Position numbers and translations under genes: made by a program
Notes under the pieces: generated by a model
What the model was told of the DNA's origin: nothing
The model's database searches: none
The model's input: the letters and a program-made list of their open reading frames with translations, nothing else
In this document: piece by piece, positions 47,431-54,480 of the stretch
How the letters are laid out: each line of letters begins with the position of its first letter
Position numbering within the stretch: position 1 is the first letter of the stretch
Assembly: GCA_964194625.1 (NCBI GenBank)
Contig: CAXMNC010000202.1
Location: 1,050-65,049, forward strand
Length of the DNA stretch: 64,000 bases
Source: Acidiferrobacterales bacterium
GTDB lineage: Bacteria > Pseudomonadota > Gammaproteobacteria > Acidiferrobacterales > SPGG2
Direction: 5' to 3'

Positions 47431-48654
47431 CTAAAGCCCCTGGGTGGCGACGCTGACCTCGTTTGCGAACATATCGGGCGCCCACACGTCTACCATCCGG
47501 TAAATGTTATCAAGCCCATCGAGCAGTCCCGGCACGACGACGGTTGATGGGCGGTTTTGATGTGGCAACTCACGTAGCGCACGGGCCATGCGACGAGCAT
47601 TGCGACCATACTCATCGCTAAGCATCGTCACCAATCCCAGCTGCTGCGCTCGGCTCGCACGAATGTATTGTTCCATCCGCGGCTTTCGTCGGGGGACAAT
47701 CAGCGCTGGTTTGTCCAACGAAAGAATCTCACAGAAGGTATTGTACCCACCCATGGCCACGACACCGGCCGCGTCTCTCATCAGATCTTCTACGTGCGTA
47801 TCAAAAGTTATCGCTTTGACACGTTCGAGGCGCTCGACGCGTTTTTGGAAATTCTCACGCCGCCGCGGCGCCATAAAGGGCCCGAACACAAGCAAGGCCG
47901 AGTGCGGAATCTCGGGGTCTGCCTCGTACGCGCGCAATACCCAGTCAATAAGTGACTCACCATCACCCCCACCGCCGGTGGTCACCAACACATAGGGTTC
48001 ATCGAACTGTGGCTTGGACATGGCGTCGGTGCCGTTCTCCGAGGGATTGCGTCTCAGATAACCGGTATAGGTGATTTTTGCGCGCACTGTCTCCGGCAAA
48101 TCAATGCCCGCGAGGGGATTACAGATTTGCGGCAATCCGTATACCCAAATCTCATCGTACAGATCGCGCAGGGCTGGTATGGGCTGCTTACGTTCCCACT
48201 CACGAGCCAGCAACACAGGATCGTCCATAACATCACGCAGCCCTAAGACGCACTGAGTACCGTTTTGCTTCAGCATTCGCAGGGTCTCGTGGATCTCACC
48301 GCGCAGACCAAGGGGTTCCTTATCCACCAGAAACAAGTCGGGATTAAACACCTTGGCAGTGTGCTGGATGATGGACGCGCGCATCTCCAAGACCTCGCCA
48401 ATGTCGATATGGAGGCTCAAGGAGGAATATTCACCGTTGCGCAGCTTGATCACCCCGGGGATGCGAACAAAATCCACCCGGCTCCCGAAATCGAAGCTAC
48501 CGATGATGGGCGATCCGGAGAGGATTAGTACGGACAGCCCTTTACGTCGCGCCGCCAGCGATTGAGCGATAGCATGACACCGCCGTAAGTGCCCCAACCC
48601 AAACGTATCGTGGCTATAGATCAAAATCCGGGCATTTTTAGTGTTATTTCGCAT
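47431..48654 (-). CDS. GT-B glycosyltransferase, MurG/GT28-C-terminal-like (COG4671-like), paralog 1; first gene of the operon
   Basis: 407 aa. ILIYSHDTFGLGHLRRCHAIAQSL and VAMGGYNTFCEILSLDKPALIVPR. Confidence 0.75.
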   Translation of the reverse strand: MRNNTKNARILIYSHDTFGLGHLRRCHAIAQSLAARRKGLSVLILSGSPIIGSFDFGSRVDFVRIPGVIKLRNGEYSSLSLHIDIGEVLEMRASIIQHTAKVFNPDLFLVDKEPLGLRGEIHETLRMLKQNGTQCVLGLRDVMDDPVLLAREWERKQPIPALRDLYDEIWVYGLPQICNPLAGIDLPETVRAKITYTGYLRRNPSENGTDAMSKPQFDEPYVLVTTGGGGDGESLIDWVLRAYEADPEIPHSALLVFGPFMAPRRRENFQKRVERLERVKAITFDTHVEDLMRDAAGVVAMGGYNTFCEILSLDKPALIVPRRKPRMEQYIRASRAQQLGLVTMLSDEYGRNARRMARALRELPHQNRPSTVVVPGLLDGLDNIYRMVDVWAPDMFANEVSVATQGL

Positions 48655-48979
48655 ATCCCGGTATCCTCCTGTGGGGACAGACGATCAAATATACCCGACG
48701 GTTGCAAAAAAGTCTCCGACAGATCACGATTGCTCCGCGCTAAGCCCATGCTTCTAGGGCCTCGTTCAAACCCGGAACGGTCTGCGCCCGATGGGGATAC
48801 ATCCTCCATGCTGTCGATCGAGGTGTGCTGCCTGGCCACGTGGTTGTCGCAGGCTACGTTCGCTCGGCCACTACTAAATGGTGTGGCCAAATTCAGGTTG
48901 ATAGCGGTCAAAACGTGGAAATAGCGTAGCCAGCGATTAGAATCTCAGGTTTTCAATCTATTCAGACACAGAAATCACA

Positions 48980-49942
48980 ATGAAGGCCGCTCAAATTGTT
49001 GCGCCGCGTCGGTTCGAGATCGTCGACGTGGACCATCCTGATATCAAACGGGAAAAGGCAGGAAGCGTTCTAATTAAGACATACCGCAGTGCGCTGTGCG
49101 GCAGCGACATGCCACCGTTTGTGCAAGATCGGCCCGCGGCCGACTATCCCTTATTGGCAGGCCTGTCGATACATGAATGCATAGGCACCGTCGCCGAAAC
49201 GAATTCGGGGCGTTTCAAAGAAGGTGATGAGGTCCTGTCTATCCCGCGCGACCGAAATGGGCTTGCCGAGTATTTCATTTCTAGCGAAGACCTGACGGTT
49301 GCCTTACCGGACGTGGAAAGCAAGGATCAAATGGTGATGGCACAGCCGCTCGGTACCGTTATCTGGGCCTGTCGCAAACTGGGCAATCTGATCAACCGCG
49401 ATGTTGTGTTAGTTGGACAGGGGCCGATGGGGCTGTTAATGGCAAGCATGCTAAGCAATCTCGGCGCAAAGACGATTGTCGCCGCTGATCTTGTAGAGTA
49501 TCGGTTGCAGGTAGCGAACAAAATGGGAGCGACGCATACCGTGAACGTGGCCAGCACAGATTTGACGGCTGCGGTGGAAGAGATCACTGATGGGCGCATG
49601 GCCGATCTTGTTGTGGAGATCGTTGGGCACCAGACGGAAACGATCAATACCTGTCTACGCCTGGTTAAGCGCCACGGTACTGTGCTTGCCTTTGGTGTAC
49701 CGGACCACAAGATCTATGACTTTCGGTACAGTGATTTCTTTCGCAAGAACGCAACTTTCATCGGATCAGTGGGGCTAGATATGCAAAACGACGTACCGCT
49801 GGCTATGGATATGCTCAGACAAGGCCGAATAGATGTTTCGCCTATGATCACTCACCATCTACCGTTCACAGACGCACAGCTCGGGTTTGAATTATCACTC
49901 CACAAAAAGGATGGAGCGATTAAGGTTATTTTTGACTATTAG
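48980..49942 (+). CDS. Zinc-type MDR dehydrogenase (threonine/sorbitol dehydrogenase-like)
   Basis: 320 aa. It has the ALCGSD and HECIGTV zinc-ligand motifs and the Rossmann motif LVGQGPMGLL. Confidence 0.8.
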   Translation: MKAAQIVAPRRFEIVDVDHPDIKREKAGSVLIKTYRSALCGSDMPPFVQDRPAADYPLLAGLSIHECIGTVAETNSGRFKEGDEVLSIPRDRNGLAEYFISSEDLTVALPDVESKDQMVMAQPLGTVIWACRKLGNLINRDVVLVGQGPMGLLMASMLSNLGAKTIVAADLVEYRLQVANKMGATHTVNVASTDLTAAVEEITDGRMADLVVEIVGHQTETINTCLRLVKRHGTVLAFGVPDHKIYDFRYSDFFRKNATFIGSVGLDMQNDVPLAMDMLRQGRIDVSPMITHHLPFTDAQLGFELSLHKKDGAIKVIFDY

Positions 49943-49990
49943 TGGGAACTATTTTCCTAACCTGATGACTATTAACCTAGAATACTCACA

Positions 49991-51133
49991 ATGAAACCAC
50001 GTTTATTCACGCCGGGTCCTACAGAAATTCCACAACGCGTCATCACGGCTATGACTGCGCGCATGCCGCATCTAAGAAGCGCCGGATTCAGGACCATATT
50101 CCGGGATGTATCAGAAAAACTTAAGGCGTTTTTTAAGACCAAGCATGAGGTGCTGATCCTCACTGCATCCGGTACCGGCTCGATGGAAGCGGCGCTCATA
50201 AACTTTATGCGTCAAGGTGATAAGGTTATCAGTATCGAGGGTGGAAAATTCGGCAGGATATGGACCGACATCGCGCGCACCTACGGGCTGAACATCGTTA
50301 GGCTTGAGGTGCCGTGGGGTGACACGCCTACCACAGATCAGGTCAGACAGATCGTCGCCCAACACTCGGATGCGGCTGCCGTCTTGGTTACCCATAGCGA
50401 AACTTCCACCGGCACGGCGTTTGATGTGAAAGGCATTGCCGAGGTAGTCCACCAACAAAGTGATGCGCTTGTGATTGTGGACGGTATAAGCTCGATCGGA
50501 GTTCTGCCGTTTTACAAAGATGATTGGAATATCGACGTTTGCGTAGCTGGTTCACAGAAAGGTGCCATGATCCCTCCCGGCCTCTCGTTTATGGCGGTTA
50601 ATGAGCGTAGCTGGCAGAGGGCGGAGGCTAGTGACTTCCCGAAATATTACTTTAGTTGTCTCAAGGCAAGGGAATCCCTTGAAAACGACGACACGCCATT
50701 CACGTCGGCGATCTCTCTGATCATAGGATTACGCGAATCATTGGGCCTGATGTTAGAGCGGGGCATGGAATATCACTGGGAAGAATATGCGCGATTGGCG
50801 CACTCAATGCGCGCTGGCGCGCAGGCGATTGGACTGGAACTATTCTCAAAACGACCAGCGGATTCAGTGACGGCCATCAAGGTTCCACCAGAAATCGACG
50901 GGCGACGGCTCATAGACTGTATGCGCGACAAATATGGCGTTGACGTGGCCGGCGGACAGGATCATTTGAAAGGAAAGATCTTTCGTGTTGCACAGATGGG
51001 TTACTGTGATCATCTAGATATGGTTGGCTTTGCTTCGGCCATGGAGTTCGCGTTACGAGACTGTGGTTGGCAGTTCGAACTGGGAATGGCGGTTGCAGCC
51101 ATGCAAGGTGCTTACACCTCACAGCACGCGTAG
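49991..51133 (+). CDS. Class V aminotransferase (serine-pyruvate / alanine-glyoxylate type)
   Basis: 380 aa. MKPRLFTPGPTEIPQRV, TASGTGSMEAAL, and the PLP-lysine context VAGSQKGAMIPPGLSF. Confidence 0.85.
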   Translation: MKPRLFTPGPTEIPQRVITAMTARMPHLRSAGFRTIFRDVSEKLKAFFKTKHEVLILTASGTGSMEAALINFMRQGDKVISIEGGKFGRIWTDIARTYGLNIVRLEVPWGDTPTTDQVRQIVAQHSDAAAVLVTHSETSTGTAFDVKGIAEVVHQQSDALVIVDGISSIGVLPFYKDDWNIDVCVAGSQKGAMIPPGLSFMAVNERSWQRAEASDFPKYYFSCLKARESLENDDTPFTSAISLIIGLRESLGLMLERGMEYHWEEYARLAHSMRAGAQAIGLELFSKRPADSVTAIKVPPEIDGRRLIDCMRDKYGVDVAGGQDHLKGKIFRVAQMGYCDHLDMVGFASAMEFALRDCGWQFELGMAVAAMQGAYTSQHA

Positions 51134-51150
51134 CGAAAAGCGCACCGAGC

Positions 51151-51810
51151 ATGGGTAAGCCCACGTGCAACATATGTGACGGACACAGTTTCGAACTGGG
51201 ACCGAATGAGCGGAAAGCGAGCACTGGGGAACTGCCCCGATGTAGCAATTGTCGATCCCTGGAGAGGCACCGACAACTTCGTCAAGTCTATGCTCAATTA
51301 CCGGCCAATTATCTGGCCAGCCTAGAAGTTCTACAGTTGAGCCCCGACATCGGCGTAGACCCGAGCTGGTTCAAGTCCTATGAGGTATCAGTGTTTGGCG
51401 GTGAAAACTCGCTAGATCTGGAAGCTATCAATCGTCCGGACGCTCGTTATGATCTTGTGATCTGCAACCACGTTCTCGAACATGTGGCGGATGACCGCCA
51501 AGGTTTGCGAGAATTGATGCGGGTTGTTCGCCCACAAGGACTCTTGCAGATCACGGTACCCTCACCCTATACACGAGCAAAGACCGTAGATTGGGGTTAT
51601 GCCAAACCAGAAGCCCACGGTCATTACCGCGGCTATGGCAAGGACTTCATCCATCTCTTTCGAGAGGCCCGCCCAGACGTTGCGCCGATTCAAATCGAAG
51701 CTATCGATGAGGTCACGGGCGCAGGCGGCTATGTTTACTTCTGGGCACCGGACCAAGGATTGAACGATAGAATTCAAGCTTGGATTTCGAACCCCACTGT
51801 CACCGGTTAG
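51151..51810 (+). CDS. SAM-dependent methyltransferase with N-terminal CxxC...CxxC zinc-ribbon
   Basis: The ATG at 51151 is preferred over TTG 51067, which overlaps the aminotransferase. CNICDGHSF...CSNCRSLERH, then YDLVICNHVLEHVADDRQGLRELMRVVRPQGLL (Methyltransf_11-like). Confidence 0.7.
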   Translation: MGKPTCNICDGHSFELGPNERKASTGELPRCSNCRSLERHRQLRQVYAQLPANYLASLEVLQLSPDIGVDPSWFKSYEVSVFGGENSLDLEAINRPDARYDLVICNHVLEHVADDRQGLRELMRVVRPQGLLQITVPSPYTRAKTVDWGYAKPEAHGHYRGYGKDFIHLFREARPDVAPIQIEAIDEVTGAGGYVYFWAPDQGLNDRIQAWISNPTVTG

Positions 51811-51827
51811 CGGGGCCGGGCAAGAGA

Positions 51828-53183
51828 ATGTTAACCATATTTGCACGTTATCGGGACTGGCTACAAAATAGACCAGACGCTACGCGTTTGCCTCCGCGAG
51901 TACACGCCGCCATTCAGCGTCAACAAGAATCCAGCGAAATCTTGATCGGTTGGATTCAGCTCGGTGTTGTCGTCTCTTTTACCATTCTATACACACTGTC
52001 ACCAAAGACCTTCACTGAAGACGCCGACTTCGCGCCTGTACCGTGGGTGTTGGCTGCCTACTTTGTGTTCACAGTGTTGAGATTGATACTTGCTCACTAC
52101 GACCGCTTGCCTCACTGGATGCTCTACCTTTCTGTAGTGATCGACATGTTTCTGCTGCTCGGTCTTATCTGGAGCTTTCATCTCCAATATGAACAACCCG
52201 CATCCTTTTATCTTAAGGTACCCACGTTGCTTTATGTGTTCATATTCATCGCATTGCGGGCGCTGCGCTTCCAAGCGCGCTTCGTGATCACCGCAGGGAT
52301 AGTGGCAGCCCTAGGGTGGCTAGCACTGGTGGGATATGTTGTCACCGTCGACCCGGAAAACACGATGATCACGCGGGACTATGTGGAGTATATGACCTCT
52401 AATAGTGTGCTGCTCGGCGCCGAGTTCGACAAGATAATTTCAATCCTTATGGTCACCGCGATAATCGCAATCGCTCTCGCACGCGCACGCCGCCTGCTGA
52501 TCCAGTCAGTCGTGGATAGTAGCACGGCGCAGGACCTGTCTCGATTTGTACCGTCAGAAGTAGTCAGACGGGTCAAGTCTTCCGAGGAACGGGTTGAAGC
52601 GGGGCAAGGTGAAGTTGGGCAGGCCACAATCCTTTTTACAGATATAGAAAGCTTCACAACCATCAGTGAAGCGCTGTCGCCGGAGCAACTCATCGCGACC
52701 CTCAACGAATATTTCTCCGTAGTGGTAGAACCGATTGAGCGCTGCGGCGGTGTTATCAATCAGTTTCAGGGCGATGCTATTCTGGCCACCTTCAATCTTC
52801 CGGAAAAGAATCCCGATCACGCAGCGAATGCGGTACAGGCCGCCTTGGAAATTCAAGATGTGCTTAAGGCACGTACGTTTGGTGAGAACATCACATTAAA
52901 CTGCCGAGTTGGCATCAACACGGGTACGTGTGTCGGCGGGTTGGTTGGTACGGGTAACCGGCTTAGCTATACCGTGCATGGAGACGACGTAAACCTGGCG
53001 GCGCGACTGGAACAACTCAACAAAGAATACGGCACCCGCATCATTGTATCGGAGACTACGGCGGAACTCGCAGGGTGGGAACGTTTCGCGTTCGAGCGGA
53101 TTGGGGAGGTACAAGTCCGGGGTAGGAAGATCGCGACGGTCGTCTACACCGTATCACCGCTACAACTCAAATCGGCGCCCTAG
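51828..53183 (+). CDS. Membrane-anchored class III nucleotidyl (adenylate/guanylate) cyclase
   Basis: 451 aa from ATG 51828. About six N-terminal hydrophobic helices are followed by a CHD domain with metal Asp residues (ILFTDIESFT, QGDAIL) and the transition-state Asn/Arg (VNLAARLE). Confidence 0.85.
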   Translation: MLTIFARYRDWLQNRPDATRLPPRVHAAIQRQQESSEILIGWIQLGVVVSFTILYTLSPKTFTEDADFAPVPWVLAAYFVFTVLRLILAHYDRLPHWMLYLSVVIDMFLLLGLIWSFHLQYEQPASFYLKVPTLLYVFIFIALRALRFQARFVITAGIVAALGWLALVGYVVTVDPENTMITRDYVEYMTSNSVLLGAEFDKIISILMVTAIIAIALARARRLLIQSVVDSSTAQDLSRFVPSEVVRRVKSSEERVEAGQGEVGQATILFTDIESFTTISEALSPEQLIATLNEYFSVVVEPIERCGGVINQFQGDAILATFNLPEKNPDHAANAVQAALEIQDVLKARTFGENITLNCRVGINTGTCVGGLVGTGNRLSYTVHGDDVNLAARLEQLNKEYGTRIIVSETTAELAGWERFAFERIGEVQVRGRKIATVVYTVSPLQLKSAP

Positions 53184-53216
53184 TAGAGTGCTGAAAACAA
53201 ATTCCTTAGCAGTCTG

Positions 53217-53849
53217 CTAACTATACCCTTTGGCGTGTAAATCCTTCATGTAGCGGGCAATGTTCTCCCTTGCGATCGTCTCGTAGCGTGTTTGGAAAAA
53301 ATCCGTAAAGAAGAAAGTCGGTCGCCCTACCAGCGAGTTTAGAAACTTGCGGTGGCCTGCAAAAAAACTCTCGTCAGACACGTGGGCAAATTCTTCCCGT
53401 ACCGCTTGGCTATCCTGGATGAACGCTCCCCAGGGCAAAGCGAAACTCGAAAGATCGATATCGACCATAAATTTCTCATCCAAACACTTTGGATGTTCGG
53501 GATGTTTGGTGACCATGATCAAATCATAAACACTTTGTTTAAGCGATGACTGTTGATCATTGGTGATCTCTTCGAAGAGCTGGACGCTCTTTAGTTCATT
53601 GTCGGCAGCGCCGGGCTCGTAGATGGCATCGTGAAACCAAAGCCCCATCTCGACTGCGTCGCAATTGTCCATAAGGCCCGCCGCAAGGTCGAATTGCTTT
53701 AGGCAATGAGTAATATGGTCACAAGTATGATAGCGCCGATGCGGCTCGGAATAACGTCGAACCAAGTCCGCATAGACCGTAGCCGGCCCTTCGCCTTCAG
53801 TATCGGCAAAACACCTGTTCCACAGTGCTACAAAGCGACTCTCAACCAT
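53217..53849 (-). CDS. HD-superfamily metal-dependent phosphohydrolase-like protein (COG4339-like)
   Basis: Start ATG 53849 (MVESRFVALWNRC). YSEPHRRYHTCDHITHCL and LWFHDAIYEP give the H...HD pattern. Confidence 0.6.
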   Translation of the reverse strand: MVESRFVALWNRCFADTEGEGPATVYADLVRRYSEPHRRYHTCDHITHCLKQFDLAAGLMDNCDAVEMGLWFHDAIYEPGAADNELKSVQLFEEITNDQQSSLKQSVYDLIMVTKHPEHPKCLDEKFMVDIDLSSFALPWGAFIQDSQAVREEFAHVSDESFFAGHRKFLNSLVGRPTFFFTDFFQTRYETIARENIARYMKDLHAKGYS

Positions 53850-53996
53850 GGATTGTCCACGAACTTGCCGCAGAGTGGGGTCTGATTGGGTGGGTAACAC
53901 CGCCCGACATTCCCGGGCGCGGCTGTCGTATTTGGCCATACTCAAAGTATAGATCAGGTTTCCGGCCGTGAGAGGGCCGATCCTTACAGTCCATTG

Positions 53997-54461
53997 TCAG
54001 GATCCGTTTCGGTGCAATTCGCTCTGCAGCGCCTCGACTTGTTGGTGGGATAGGGCTAGTTTGTCGCTGAGTTGATGCATAAGATCAAGGGCGACTTCCG
54101 GATTCTCGGTGATAAGCTTGAGAAATACTTCGTCGGTGATGCGCAACGCTTGCAAGCGGTTCTTCGCCCTTAGGGTTGCCGATCGCGGAGCGTTATTGAG
54201 CAACGCGAGCTCGCCGAAGATCTGATTGTCGCGAAGAACCCCTACCACCACATCCCCGGCATCGGTCTTAGCCAAGATTTCGACTTCACCACTAATAATG
54301 ACAAAAGCGCAGTCAGCGGGATCGCCTGCGTGGAACAGGATCTCGCCATCTTCAAAGGTCTGGTACTCACTGGTAAACGCCAACAGCTTGAGTTTTGAGG
54401 GCTCAAGCTTGGCAAACATCGGTACTTTACGAAGAACCTCAGCTTCCTTGAGCAGATCCAC
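53997..54461 (-). CDS. Stand-alone cyclic-nucleotide-binding domain protein
   Basis: 154 aa with GTG start and a GAGG RBS. The phosphate-binding cassette is FGELALLNNAPRSATLRA. The gene starts 19 nt after the ABC exporter stop. Confidence 0.85.
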   Translation of the reverse strand: MDLLKEAEVLRKVPMFAKLEPSKLKLLAFTSEYQTFEDGEILFHAGDPADCAFVIISGEVEILAKTDAGDVVVGVLRDNQIFGELALLNNAPRSATLRAKNRLQALRITDEVFLKLITENPEVALDLMHQLSDKLALSHQQVEALQSELHRNGS

Positions 54462-54480
54462 GATAACCTCTAACCTGCGC

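Noticed and set aside
51828-54461. Reading the cyclase plus cNMP-binding protein as a Pycsar/CBASS-like anti-phage signalling pair.
   Set aside because: The cNMP-binding protein has no effector (TM, TIR or nuclease) domain and is translationally adjacent to an ABC exporter. The cyclase is a 6-TM class III enzyme on the opposite strand, and there are no other defence-island hallmarks nearby. A regulatory module seems more likely, though the product specificity is open.
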